In this document: positions 8,026 through 20,700 of the stretch, piece by piece | Layout: each line of letters starts with the position of its first letter | Position numbering within the stretch: position 1 is the stretch's first letter | Origin: a virus | Strand: one strand, 5' to 3' | Length of the DNA: 64,000 nt | Virus record (IMG/VR): IMGVR_UViG_3300035666_000015 | Span: 5,541 to 69,540 of that record | Notes under the pieces: model-generated | The model's database searches: none | What the model was told of the DNA's origin: nothing | Seen by the model: the letters and a program-made list of their open reading frames with translations, nothing else | Translations under genes and position numbers: made by a program

Positions 8026-8454
8026 TTATTGCCTATATAACTCAATAGTGAATACCGCCTTACTTGCATACTCAGAAGTGTTCTGTTTTAAAGAATCTTT
8101 GTAGTAAGTAGAACCTGTTAGTATCTTCACAGCAATATTATCAGTTGACATAACACAATACCCGGTTATATAATCTAAATTAGTACCAATTGCAGAAGAA
8201 TATTCAGATGATGGCATCTTAGTTATTATAGCAACCCAAGTACCATCATCTGTCACACCTGGATGAGGAATATTGAAGGTGTGTGTGATATTAAAACGAC
8301 CTAGATTGACACCAGTTTGCCCATACATCTTATCAGTAGATGATGCGCTATCTGCTTTTCTATTGACTTCATATCTGGCAACAAATTTAGGCAGCCTATC
8401 AAAGATATCCAGTTTTAAATTTCCAGCGCTATCCCACAACCTTAACCCATACAT
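8026..8454 (-). CDS. tail tip accessory protein
   Basis: MYGLRLWDSAGNLKLD N-terminus; follows the central fiber gene. Confidence 0.6.
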   Translation of the reverse strand: MYGLRLWDSAGNLKLDIFDRLPKFVARYEVNRKADSASSTDKMYGQTGVNLGRFNITHTFNIPHPGVTDDGTWVAIITKMPSSEYSSAIGTNLDYITGYCVMSTDNIAVKILTGSTYYKDSLKQNTSEYASKAVFTIELYRQ

Positions 8455-8466
8455 AAGTCCCTCTCA

Positions 8467-11400
8467 TTAGTTAACCGCATTCAAATCACCAAATTGCATT
8501 ACTAGAGTGCCATTCTCATCATAAACTTTTATACGTCTACTATCCATATCCATCCTGGCTCCAGAAGCTGCAGTCGTTACTTTGAAATTACTAGTACCAA
8601 TAAGATTAATACTACCTATCTGAGCTGCACCTATGGCGCCATTCTCAATATAAGTCTCTGCCTCCCCTACATGTATTTTTGATAAAGTTGCAAATAACCC
8701 TTGATCGCGCACACGTCTAGCTTCATTATTTGCGGTGACATCACCATGAGGCACCCACGAAGAACCATTCCAAGAATTTACAACAGGGTTGATGGTCGTT
8801 GTATCAAACCAGATGTCATTCATCCCTATCGGACTACCGTCAGGCCTTACAGTTGGATAAAAAGATTCTCTGAAGATATGGTTTCTAGTAGCATTATCTA
8901 CTGGTCTGCCAGAACCACTTACACCTGACCACACAGCTGTACCACCTAAGTTAGCATCGTCTGTTACTTGTGCTGTACTAGCTACACCTCCAGGAGAGTA
9001 AGGGCTGAATTCGGTCTGACCTGCTAAAGCTTCGCCAAAATATGGCTGAGCTACCCACAGGTAAGAGGATAGAACGCTGAGATCATTACTATCATACTTT
9101 CGTATCAGCACTGTTACAGTGACTGTGTTTGCAGGAGCTATACCAAATGTACCAACTAAGCTGTGATTAGCTAGATTGTCTCCCCCACCACTCAACACAT
9201 CTATAGGACCGACCTCTGAAGCACCTATAATATTGCCACTTATATTTAGAAAATAAATACCAATAGTTACTTTGCAGCGATGAGCAGCAATTTTTGCATG
9301 GAATTCATAACGTTTGCCAGGGGTGGCAGATACCGCTTTGTCAGAGAAGCCCCCTAATGGGTATATGTCGCAGCATATGTATGTAGGATCAATCACACCA
9401 TTCAAGTTCAGACTCACAGATCCTATCTGTTCCACGTAGAAAGCATCACCTCCTTTAGGCCACCAGTATCCAGCTGGAAACTTAATCTTAGCGCTTCCGG
9501 AATTAAAAACAGCAGCGTATGGATTATATCCAGTTACGAAAGGAGATGTATTTCTTGTAAATTCAGTATTTATTAGTCTGTTAATACCTACACCAACTCT
9601 CAAGTTACTACTGTCAGCACCAACTGTAGCTCCAGCTTGTATTCCTGTCAAATGACTATATTCACCGGAATTTATACCATTAAGTGAAGTAGGTCGGTCG
9701 TTTATCGCACCCCAGTCAATACCACCACTAGATAATAAAGTAACTCCTTGAGCATTCTTTATCTGTATACTATTAAATACGGCCGAACCGTTCTTCAGCA
9801 ATCTCCAACCTTGATAATTTCCAGGAGAATCAGAGAATCCGTCTGAAAGTAATACATCACCTATTTGGGCAGCTTGTGTAATAATAGCTTGATTTGCAAC
9901 TAAAGCATTAGCGCCTACAGTTCCAGCAAGTACGCGATCTCCACTGAAGAAAGCACCTCCTGCGTTATTATCAACACTATCACCACCCTTATATACAGCA
10001 AGTATTCGACCACCAGCGCCTACTGCAGTCACTAATGATGTTGTGTTGCGTAATATTGTCTGACCAGGTATGTAATATAAATACAAATCTGATACGGTAT
10101 ATGTTGCCGATCCTGCATCAACATTCCAAGTTGTACCATCCGTATCTCTTATTACTTTAAAAGCATCCCAAGAAACTACGTGCGTTGTTGCATTCGGTAG
10201 GAACAGTAAATCAACATAAGAGTAGCTAGTAGTCTCTACATTAAGTGCAGCAACCGATTGAGCACCTGAGGGTATCTCCCCAATCTCTCCAAAAGTATCA
10301 ATCTGGGATACCTTATAGTAGTAAACAGTACTTGGGGATGCGTCAAAGTTTATGTAATCAGAGTTACCTGTATAAACTAGATTAGTAGGGCCTGGCACAA
10401 ACAACGAACTAAGATCTCTATATACCTTGTAGTAGGCATGATCAGCAGCTTTCTGTGAAGTGATATTTACAAATACTTGTTGAAACCCAGCAATCAATTG
10501 AAAAGCTGGAGCAGGTGCCGCCACATTATTAAAAGTAGCTGCAGTGAACGTCAAAGATAACACATCTGTACTATTCACAGCATACACCCGTATTCTTACT
10601 GTTCTAGATAATACCCCATGTATAAGTTCATTAGCGTTCTGGGTTATCACCAGACTACTGCCTTTTTCAACTGGTAAAGAGGTCAATACATTATTAGCTT
10701 GATCTAGAAATACAACTTCGTAACGCTTTAGAATCTCCTCTACCAAGATATTGTTAGGATCATCTGTCCAACTTATATCGAAAGTAGGAGCCAATCCACC
10801 ATTTTTATCAATCAAGTTTATGGGAGGATTTAACGAAGAACCTTTTACTACAAGATTAGTACCGCCATTATATTCTGCAAGTATGGTGAATGCTTGCGCT
10901 GTATCAAAATTTGTAGTAGATTTTACGGTGTTATCAGTACCATCAAAGTATAAATACAATCTCTGTCCAGTCCACTGATAAGAACCACCAGGTATAAATA
11001 AAATAACTGCAGAACCTGATGGCTTAGCTGTAAAAGGAGGCCAAGATACAAAACCTGGTGAAGGGTTGTTTCCTGTAAAAGACACGCCTTGAAACGAATA
11101 CACCTTTCTTTTAGTCACAGTAGCTTCTGTCTGACTGGTGTATGTTATCGTAGACATCCTGCCATTCTGAGCAAGAGTCCTTACACCGAAGAATGCAGAA
11201 GCCTGGTCGATATTTGGTACATCAAACTGATTGTTAGTAGTACGACCGATCTCATCAAACAGAGGAATTCCATTAGAATCTACAGGACCATTAGCAGCAT
11301 GCATATACACAATATAAGCGGCTATATTGGAATAGTTCACAGCAGGCCACTGCAATCTACCAAGACTATCAGAGCTGTTTGCGTTTGGAACAAAGGTTAC

Positions 11401-13554
11401 GGAAGAAGGTGCTGGAATATTATTCTGAAAAATAGGGTTTGGTTGCAATACTTGAGATGGCTTTTGAGACCAAGCAAATTGTAAATGGTCAACTCTGGCT
11501 CCCTTGAGCTTTAACGTCCAATTCTCTGTAGCTTCAAACTCATCTACTCTAAAATACATAGAGTACGGTTCCAGATACACGTAGTCACCAGGCTCATAGA
11601 TTCTATCAGTAATAATGATCTCTACTTCAACTTTTGCAGCAGTTCTACTAACCCTTACATACTCTTCAGCCAATGCCAAAGCATGGTATGGGTCGGTCAC
11701 ACCTCCAGAGAATACGTCAGCTTCCAACATAAATCCACTATCTTCAGCTAACATTTGCTGATACGTAGTGTTGTCATAATTAATGTTTTCAACACCAGAG
11801 TATGCAACACTCCTAGTACTCCAAATCACTATACCATCTTTTGATAAAGCGGCAGCTACACTGTGTTCTTTTTGAGCAGTCGCAGTACTAGTTATTTCAA
11901 CTATATAAGCAGTATCAGCCAGAGACGATCCTAGTATTTGAGCCTCACCCCTATAACCATTGACTGTACTTACAGTCTTTACTACAGAATTGTCTAAGCG
12001 TTTTATGACTATTGTTGCGGTACTACCAGCAGCCACGGCTACAGTCCAATTACCTGCATACTCTTTCTCAACAATCATGTGCGTAGTTAATGATACTACG
12101 CTACTAGCCCCGAGCCATACACCGTATTCGTTCAATAACTTAGCTTTTGCACCATCACCATCAAAGTCCTGAGAAGATAAAGGCCAGAAGATACCACCAA
12201 TGCCCTTCAATTGAGAGGAATTAAACTTAGGAGGCCAACTTACAGAATCTTCTTTAAAGTCTTCAAATTCATTATGAAAACGGACGATACAATGATTTAG
12301 CCTATCTTTGGCTTCTGGCCAAGAGATACGTACTTGAGATCCTAGTGCAATATCATCGTCGGTTATGGTTCCTTCACTGATAACTGACAAAGATGCTGCA
12401 TCGTAAGCATATTTTAGTTTTAATTTATACTTACCTTGAGACCGTACTAATCTAGCATCACCCATTGTATCCAAGATACCTGCTATGTTATCTCTAATAG
12501 ACTTCGATGTATCTACTACATAATTGCACTCATATAACGGAAGATCTCTTGTTGCGTAACCTATTACACTGTTATCAGTTGGTTGCCAAATATGACCACC
12601 AACAGGTACTGAAGTTTGTACTATTAAACTACATACACCAGCGGCTTCGCTGAAACTGCCAAAATCTATTTCAGACAGATCAACACCTTTCCCAACTATA
12701 GGATCTAGTAGATAATCAAGTAGACACAGTGCATTATTGTTACTATAATTGAGAGTAGAAGATATTGTATTTCCTGCACCTATTTCCCGAACAGGCGCAC
12801 CTTCTATGAATGTCTGTACGTCAGGGACACCATAGAATTGAGGATCATTTTTGTTAAGGCGAATTACAGCATCAAAGAACGCAATACCATTGAATGTCGC
12901 ATTTAGTCTGTCCCCAAACCTTGTCGACACTAAATCCCCGTAGTGACCACCAGACATATAATAGTCCAAACGCATGGAAGCATAAGATTTTGGCTCCCAG
13001 TCGTCTGTTTTAAACTCAGAGAACGAAGGATTGTTTAAAAATTTATCCCCATCAAATACTACGTCTCTCACACTTGAAATTGGACCAACACATAACATCT
13101 GTTGAAAATATAAGAACTCATTCTTACTTCCATTGATGCTTTCTTGCAAACTTGTTCCAACTCTCGTGTATCCTTTTTGTACACGACTTAAGGAGCCATC
13201 GCTATTTAGAGCTGTCTCTGTATAAGTGCCAGTAACAGAGCCAACTGCCCCTGCAGAAAATGTAATATCACTACTATTAGTTGCAGGTAAGAAAAAATCA
13301 GAAGATACATTGTGATATACTCGGTATCCTCCAATTTTAGCCCTTCCATACACTTTAGCCAAATACCCTGTTTGACCTTCTACTACTGTCTCAATCCCAG
13401 TACGACTAGTACGCTCTCCATTAAAATTATCTGCACCATTTACAGCCTTTCTTTTATCTTTAGTAGCTAATTGGTAGATAGTAGCACCAATTGCTATGAT
13501 TGCGGTTACACCTGAGAACCCAAGTCCCGCAATTATTGGAACTATAAATCCCAT
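8467..13554 (-). CDS. tail tip / central tail fiber (lambda J-like host-specificity protein)
   Basis: 1695 aa; VYGRAKIGG and NNALCLLDYLLD hub motifs, FN3-like repeats, C-terminal IKVYDENGTLVMQFGDL. Confidence 0.85.
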   Translation of the reverse strand: MGFIVPIIAGLGFSGVTAIIAIGATIYQLATKDKRKAVNGADNFNGERTSRTGIETVVEGQTGYLAKVYGRAKIGGYRVYHNVSSDFFLPATNSSDITFSAGAVGSVTGTYTETALNSDGSLSRVQKGYTRVGTSLQESINGSKNEFLYFQQMLCVGPISSVRDVVFDGDKFLNNPSFSEFKTDDWEPKSYASMRLDYYMSGGHYGDLVSTRFGDRLNATFNGIAFFDAVIRLNKNDPQFYGVPDVQTFIEGAPVREIGAGNTISSTLNYSNNNALCLLDYLLDPIVGKGVDLSEIDFGSFSEAAGVCSLIVQTSVPVGGHIWQPTDNSVIGYATRDLPLYECNYVVDTSKSIRDNIAGILDTMGDARLVRSQGKYKLKLKYAYDAASLSVISEGTITDDDIALGSQVRISWPEAKDRLNHCIVRFHNEFEDFKEDSVSWPPKFNSSQLKGIGGIFWPLSSQDFDGDGAKAKLLNEYGVWLGASSVVSLTTHMIVEKEYAGNWTVAVAAGSTATIVIKRLDNSVVKTVSTVNGYRGEAQILGSSLADTAYIVEITSTATAQKEHSVAAALSKDGIVIWSTRSVAYSGVENINYDNTTYQQMLAEDSGFMLEADVFSGGVTDPYHALALAEEYVRVSRTAAKVEVEIIITDRIYEPGDYVYLEPYSMYFRVDEFEATENWTLKLKGARVDHLQFAWSQKPSQVLQPNPIFQNNIPAPSSVTFVPNANSSDSLGRLQWPAVNYSNIAAYIVYMHAANGPVDSNGIPLFDEIGRTTNNQFDVPNIDQASAFFGVRTLAQNGRMSTITYTSQTEATVTKRKVYSFQGVSFTGNNPSPGFVSWPPFTAKPSGSAVILFIPGGSYQWTGQRLYLYFDGTDNTVKSTTNFDTAQAFTILAEYNGGTNLVVKGSSLNPPINLIDKNGGLAPTFDISWTDDPNNILVEEILKRYEVVFLDQANNVLTSLPVEKGSSLVITQNANELIHGVLSRTVRIRVYAVNSTDVLSLTFTAATFNNVAAPAPAFQLIAGFQQVFVNITSQKAADHAYYKVYRDLSSLFVPGPTNLVYTGNSDYINFDASPSTVYYYKVSQIDTFGEIGEIPSGAQSVAALNVETTSYSYVDLLFLPNATTHVVSWDAFKVIRDTDGTTWNVDAGSATYTVSDLYLYYIPGQTILRNTTSLVTAVGAGGRILAVYKGGDSVDNNAGGAFFSGDRVLAGTVGANALVANQAIITQAAQIGDVLLSDGFSDSPGNYQGWRLLKNGSAVFNSIQIKNAQGVTLLSSGGIDWGAINDRPTSLNGINSGEYSHLTGIQAGATVGADSSNLRVGVGINRLINTEFTRNTSPFVTGYNPYAAVFNSGSAKIKFPAGYWWPKGGDAFYVEQIGSVSLNLNGVIDPTYICCDIYPLGGFSDKAVSATPGKRYEFHAKIAAHRCKVTIGIYFLNISGNIIGASEVGPIDVLSGGGDNLANHSLVGTFGIAPANTVTVTVLIRKYDSNDLSVLSSYLWVAQPYFGEALAGQTEFSPYSPGGVASTAQVTDDANLGGTAVWSGVSGSGRPVDNATRNHIFRESFYPTVRPDGSPIGMNDIWFDTTTINPVVNSWNGSSWVPHGDVTANNEARRVRDQGLFATLSKIHVGEAETYIENGAIGAAQIGSINLIGTSNFKVTTAASGARMDMDSRRIKVYDENGTLVMQFGDLNAVN

Positions 13555-14138
13555 TACAATTTACCCCATCTTAATGAAACGTTACTAGAGGAAGTTCTGA
13601 CAAAATCAGCACAAGAATCTTTCGGGTTTCTAGCTCTTATGAAATCTTTTGACACATATATGAATCGTTTATCATCAAGATTTATAAGCGGACTACCAGC
13701 TGTTATTGTTAATACATTTGAGCCTAGCTCACTATTATCTATCTCTTTTACAAAAGTATCTATTGGTCCTCTATATAGCAGCAGGGCATCACTAATAGAT
13801 GTATATGGCAACCCGTCTGGATTAAAGAAACTGATATGAACCTCTAATTGTTTCCCAACTAGTGTTTCTCCTAAGTAAGTAGAATTCATATCATCATTAC
13901 TGTCATCGAACACTACCTTGAATTGACCTCTATCGACCAGAGTGGCAACTGTTGGAGGGTCAATGTAAATTACACGATCGTGCGCTTGATAGTCTACACC
14001 TTCCATTGATATATCGTGTGACAGTGTTGTTTCAGCGTATAATACTGAATTACTAGAATCTCTTATAGCAAGTAGATAGAAATAATCCACTTTATCCGCT
14101 TTCAAAGCATTTATCGCATTAGGACTAAGCAATATCAT
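13554..14138 (-). CDS. minor tail protein
   Basis: Between distal tail and tip genes; ends in LRWGK, as is typical. Confidence 0.7.
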   Translation of the reverse strand: MILLSPNAINALKADKVDYFYLLAIRDSSNSVLYAETTLSHDISMEGVDYQAHDRVIYIDPPTVATLVDRGQFKVVFDDSNDDMNSTYLGETLVGKQLEVHISFFNPDGLPYTSISDALLLYRGPIDTFVKEIDNSELGSNVLTITAGSPLINLDDKRFIYVSKDFIRARNPKDSCADFVRTSSSNVSLRWGKL

Positions 14139-14731
14139 AGGGCCTCCACTAATTTAACCACACCATTATCCATAAGTACACCGTCTATATACTGCATACC
14201 TTTTATGGAGTCTGTAGAATATAAAAAATTACCTTTGACATCATTTCCATATTTTATTGAGGTACCGTACGGAACATTAGTCATCAACGCTGGAAACAAC
14301 TTCATATTAGAGTTTCCAACACAATTCTCTGTAACCATGTATACTTTAGAATGATTAGCGAATCTAACAAAAGTACCTTCGTAAATCGTACCTAGAAACC
14401 CGCTAATTGCTGCGAAAGTGTTAAAAGCAATGCCTGATGTCGTAGCTCCAGCTTCTGCAAACCCTTTAGACACTATCCCAAAGTTTTGTGGAAAATTTAC
14501 TTCAAAAGAGGTATGTGATCCTTTGACTACCATATGCGCCATTAGTAGTTCCGCATTATTTCTTAGAGGTTCTAGAGCTGTCTCGATCTCCCATCTCTGG
14601 GAAGAGCGGCGAACCGCTCTCCTTTTTAGAGAAAGAGAATCATTAGAAAAGACAGGCTCATTGCTAAGAACCTTCGTTGGTGAAGAAAACTCAGCAATTA
14701 CTACATTACCTTTCAAGATTCCATAAGCCAT
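14135..14731 (-). CDS. distal tail protein
   Basis: Immediately downstream of tape measure; SQRWEIE, FANHSKVYMV and LFPAL motifs. Confidence 0.7.
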   Translation of the reverse strand: MAYGILKGNVVIAEFSSPTKVLSNEPVFSNDSLSLKRRAVRRSSQRWEIETALEPLRNNAELLMAHMVVKGSHTSFEVNFPQNFGIVSKGFAEAGATTSGIAFNTFAAISGFLGTIYEGTFVRFANHSKVYMVTENCVGNSNMKLFPALMTNVPYGTSIKYGNDVKGNFLYSTDSIKGMQYIDGVLMDNGVVKLVEAL

Positions 14732-17700
14732 TTAGCGCCTCTTTACATTTCTTTCTTTGTTAAACATATTTACACCTTGAGCAAGCTCTGGAAGCATTTT
14801 CATTACTTCAGCCCTGGTCTGCCTAGAGATGTCACCTGTGATACCTAAATCAATCTTAGTAACACTACTTGAACTATTATTTGAACTACGATTGCTGAAT
14901 TCTTTAGATACAGCACTGGATGATTTGACGATACCACCATCTGCAAACTTAGGTACACGACCTTTATTTATTGCCTCTAGTAGTGCACGGTTCTTGGCAG
15001 TAGCAGCTGCGTTCACAACGAACTCACCATTAGATAACATAGCAGGTATGCTATCAGACTTAGAAGTTCCTCGACCACTTACATGACCGCCATCGGCCAT
15101 AAATAAGCTACCAACCACACCAGCTATAGCACCTACACCATCTGCGATACCTGTAGCGCCATCAGATAGAAGCCTGCCTAATCCACCAATTATATCACCT
15201 AAAAACCCAGTACTACCAAAAGCACCTTCAAACAAACCAGGTAGTGGACCATTTGCTCCAAATGTCTCAGTAGCGCTGTCTGTAACACCTTTGAAACCCA
15301 TATCGGCAGTGCTAAGTACATTGTCAAAACCGTTGGTTACACTTTCAAAACTGGGTGTTACGGCTGTCTCAATTGCTTTATCGAATGAACTTGATTGCCC
15401 GAACATACCCGAGACATCACCCAACATACCTAATCCATTTTGACCAGACATCATACCAGCAGCAGCTTGCAAGCTCATTGCGGCAGTATTCAAAGAGATA
15501 CCTGCAGTCTGTAAAGTAGCTCCAGCTGTTTGTTGATTAGCAAATTCAGAACCTCCAAAGATAGTGCCTAAATCAAATTGACCTTTACCTAGACGAGTCA
15601 ATAGTCCACTGAGATCGGTCTTCTCTAAGGAACTGACAAGACCATCCACGAAACTATCAATAATGCCTCCAGTAAATCTATCAGCTAGCATTCTTAAAGT
15701 ATCTTTGAAGGATGCGTCACCTTTCATCAAACCTGATAAGCCTTCACGAAAACTGGAAAATACAGTATCTCTGAATCTGAATCCAGCTTCCATAGACAAC
15801 CTACCAAGTGATTCTGAAGATGTTCTCATTCCATCTTCCCAGGCAGCTAATAACATATCATAGTCGTTCTGAGCTGCAATTCTACCAGCATCTGTGGTAG
15901 CTCTTCCTGCACTGTCTCTAGCAGATTGCATACCTTTTAGAATACCTTCATAGCGAATCTTTTCAGAAGAAGTAGTGAGGTTCTCTATTTGAGTTGTAAA
16001 ATTTGATAACCCAACTCCATTTTGAGACTCTTGATTAGCCCTGTACCGCAAGCCAGCACCAGTGCCAAAACGCTTACTGATGATGTCCTTAGACAGTGCT
16101 GCCCCTTCACCCTTCTGTATGAAGCCTTTCTCAGTATTTAATCTGATACGTTCCAACTCAGCTAACACCGGTGTCACGTTGCCTTGAGCTGCATTTAATG
16201 GACCGCCAATGACATCTTCTAAACGACTCTTTATGGCTGACACATCTAATCTATCTATCTCAGAGCTCAGTGAAGACAGTATAGCAGCTTGGTATTCAGG
16301 AGATCCAAATACTTCTGCAGCTCTTTTCAGAGCCTCTTCTAGGTTAGGAGTCATACCATCAGTACTTATACGTGCTTCTAGACCTTCTATTGATTTGGCA
16401 AATTCCTTGAAGGTATTATTATCTAAGAATTTCAGGACATTCGATTCAACGCCAGGTAACGCATTGGCCAACTGATCAGAACGTATATCTTGGGTTGCAC
16501 CTCGATTTTTCAGTGCTTCATTAGCTTTTGATAAACCGCTAAGATCATTGGCGGCTTGTCGGAGAGACTCGGCATTAAACGTTCCTTTAGACATATCATT
16601 AGATATTTTTTGCATTTCCTGCCAATACCTGAGAGCTAATTCAATATCTCTGGTATCCATCATTGCTAGATTTTCAGTAGAGAATCCAGAACTTGATAGA
16701 GTATCGAACGCTCCTTTGATAGACGCAACAATAGCATCAGATTCTAGAGATGCCATATCAGACATTATTTGCATTTTCTGTGAAAACAAAGAATCAAACT
16801 TAGCCTTAGAAACAGAAGCATCAAGTGAACCTAGAGACTTCTCTACTATTTGCAAACTCTCAGCCATCGCTATATAACTATTGAAATCACCTTCACTCAA
16901 TGCTCTCAAATCTTTATCTATTGACAAGCCTTTAGATTCACTGTAAAAAGACATACGCTCAGCATCAGTTTTTCCTCTAAGTTTCTTGTCAAAATCATCA
17001 ATAGCTTTTCCAGGACCCTTGTCAGTTATATTTTGACCTAAAGCCTCTAGACCTTGAATTGCTCTACCCTCTTTCAACAAAGCGCGTAATGCATCGACCT
17101 TCATTAAATCAATACTGTTGATTGCATCGACTAAGTCTTGTGTCAATTTAGCAGCGTCATCCGCTTTGCCAGGTTGACTTTGCAGATCGGTTAATTCGGT
17201 TTGCTTTTGTAAAGCATTCTCCAATCGCTTCGTCAACTCATTTTGATCCACTTTCGCCAGGACAATCGGCGGCATTTCAATATTAAGCTTTTGCAAAGCT
17301 GCATTTTGTGTATTAAATGATACTGGCAGTTTCGAAACAGACTCTCTTAGAGACTTTCTGAGAGCCTCTGTCTCAGCAGTCAAGGTCTTCTCTTCAAACT
17401 CTAGACCTATTTTTAGAGATGGTAGTGTAGGCAAGTTAGCCAAGGACTCATTAAGCGAACCAATTTCTTTAGCCTTTTTATTACGAAACAAGAAGGCATC
17501 TTTATTACCTGTACCATAAATACTTTTGTCAAAACTTGCCAACTCGTCAGAACCCTTTTTAATACGTTCTTTCAAGTCTTTAACAGCAGAGTCAATACTC
17601 CTATCTTGGCCAGTTATCTCACCCAGAATAGCACGTTGCACTTGAACTGTAGATAGTTTCAAAAGCTTCCCTTGCAACGCCTCCGCTTCTTTTGTGAGAC

Positions 17701-20700
17701 TCGTCTGAATACCAGGGAACCGAGAAAGCAGTGCTTGCTGCGCCTCAGTGAGACCTGCTACGTTCAAGACCTTATCCCATCGCACAGCAAGGCTGGCAGA
17801 GTCAGAATACTCATCTGACAGCTTTATCAATGCATCTTTGATAGTTCCTGTGGCTTGCGATATTTTGTCGTTCTCGGCCACCAGCTCATCAGTCGACAAG
17901 GAATCTGATAATCCCCTTCGAGCTTCTTTGAGGGATTTTAACGTAGGTGCATATTGCAAAAAGCGATCAGCCACCGTCTTATCAGTTAGATTTTCAGGCA
18001 ATTTAACGCCAAGACTCTCTGCTTCCAATTTGAAATCTGAGTATTCTTTAAAAGTCTTACGCAAGCGCCCTGTATTAGCACCATTTGTCAACACTTCTGC
18101 AAAATCACGGTTGAACTCTGTGGTTTTAGCCATGAGTTCGTCGAGAGCCTCTTGCAGTTTATTCGGCTGTAGCGTCCCCTTCCAATCAGACACATCAGTC
18201 TCCTGAAATTGTAAGATCGCTGTCTTCAAGCTTCCCAGACGCTGCTCGGCGGCAATGGCCTCTTGCGGTGAAAGAATACCTTCGGCCTGTAAATTGTCCA
18301 AGGTAGAGCGGGCCTTGTTATACGTATTCAAGGCGTTAGCTTCTACCTTGGGGGTACGTGGGGCAGGCAATTGTAATCCTCGACGAATTGCTGAAAAACC
18401 CAGAGAAAATAGAGTATCGATGGCGATTGATAGTTCATCAACCCACTCAATTGACTTGTCAAGACCCTCTATCGACCGCTTCTTAATCTCCGTGAAGACG
18501 CTGCCTACTTGCTTTGTTGCATCCGCGATCTTACGATTAAGACCAAAGCTGCCCCAAACCCCCTCGAATTTACGTATGGTGTTAGTGGCATCGTCTATTT
18601 CGTAGGACACACCTATCAAGCTTCCAAGAGACTGCGAGGGGTCTCTTGGCAAAAGTGTTCTTGTGTCTTTTAGAGCATCTTTGTTATCTGGCAATGCATT
18701 CAAGATGCGCGATATCCGAAGTAACACTTTTTCTTGCTCTTTAACCTGATCCAACGTTAGCGAGCCATTCTCGAGGCGTTGCTCTTCTAGCTGAACGAGG
18801 GTTTTGTAAGAACTATCTAAAACGGCCTTATGTCTATCAAAACTTGCGTTGTCGAGCGAGCTTAAGTCCTTGCTCTCTAATTGGCGCCTAAAAGCAAGAT
18901 CCGAGCCACTAATTTTAAGGCCTTCTGCGTCTTTGAAAAGAGAATTGACACGTCCCCTTTGCGACTTGGCAGTGCCCCCAAATGCTTCTCTGATCTCATC
19001 AGCAATCTCTGAAATTCGCTTAGAAATCTCCCCTCGTTTCCCGAACAAGTAGCCTACCAGCAACCCACCAGTTGCTACCGCAGCCGCAGTCCAACCACCC
19101 TTAAATACGGTGGCCAGCACTGATCTGGCAGAGTTTCCCCACTTCTTCCATGTGTCTAGCGACAGCACAGATCGTAGACCTCTACCCAACTTCTTAAGAT
19201 CTGCACCCATTAGCGCGGAAGCCGCAGAAAACCCTGCCTGTACCCCTGCAACAGAACGATAGGCTTTGACGTAGCGCTCCACCAAATTGCCTACTAATAA
19301 CACTGTGCCGCCTAATATAAGAAGCTCACTCGTGAGGGTTCTTGTAGAGCTTGTCGCGGCATCTCCTGCAAATGCCACACCTGAAAATATGGCAGCAAGT
19401 CCTACAAAACTAGTAGGTGAAAATACGCTGGCAAGACCTTTTCCAAATTTTGTGATTCTATCGTAGATGCCTGAAAATAAGTCCTTTGCCCAATTCTTGA
19501 CCTTGGTAAATGCGTCTTTCGTGCCTCCTAGAAAGTTATCCCAAGCTCTTTTCGAGCCCTTCTTGAGTGCGTCTTTGATTTCAACAAAATCTAAGTCACC
19601 GAAACTCTTACCGTCGTCTTTGGGACTTGATTTGAATGCATCCCTCAGCGAAATATTACCAGCCATGTAGTCACGAAAATTAGACCCAAAAGCCTTGAAA
19701 GTGTTGACAGTCATCTTCTTTAATTTTTTTAGATTGCCAATCAAAGATTGTACTATCTCTGAGATTTTCTTGAGCGTAGGTGATTGAGGCCCATAGCCCC
19801 CGCTCGCCTCAGTCAGAATTTTAATGATGTTAAAGTCCAGTAATTTCTTTATTGTACCAACAACCCAGAATTGAATCTTTCTGAAAGATTCTGCTCCTAG
19901 GTCTCCGCCTAGGAACGCATGCACGACGAAGGGCAGGGCGGCGCTACCTGCGTCAAAGAGCGCTACGCTTTCAAGTAACGCAGTAGACAACAGTGCGGCA
20001 CCTATTGATGCAGTTGTCTTTTGGAGAGAAGTCGGAAACAGCTTTCGTGCCAATGCGCCGGGCTCTACAGAGGTTACCAGGGAGAGCAATCCAGGCTCCG
20101 CAGCTTTAAAGCCTTTATCTCCCGGAGCCCCCTTAGCAGGCTTTCCTAATATAGCAGTATTCGCCATTTTCCTAAAATCTTTTGACACAACTGCTAATCC
20201 AGCACTCAAGGCCAAGAGACTCGAGAATGCAGAGTTTGTCAGAGGTGTTACGGATAAGAAAAGATCTGTGATCGTGTCTGGTAAGGGTGATAGTTCCTCT
20301 ACGAAACCGTGTACAAAGCCAGGCATCATCTTGAACAGAGAGTTGAGGCCTGTTTGGATACCTCTAGCCACCTCTACACCAATAGTCTCTGCCACATTTC
20401 CGAGAGTTAAGGCCAATGAGTTGCCAAACAACTCAACGGATTTCTCAATAGGCCCCGATAGTAGCCCAATAGTTAACAGGCCCCCTATTGCATTAAAAAC
20501 CGGACTTGCAGATGTGACAGCAAGTGCTGCTGCGATGCCAACAATTAACGAGTTGCCTATCTTTTCAAAAACATCTTTCAGTTCTACATCTGCTAACGTC
20601 AACGCTAATGAGTCTCTTAGCTTACTAACACTGCTTGAATCGACTTTAGAAAATACGTCTGCGAATTGCCCACCAATATTTTTACCGAAGTCTTTGACAC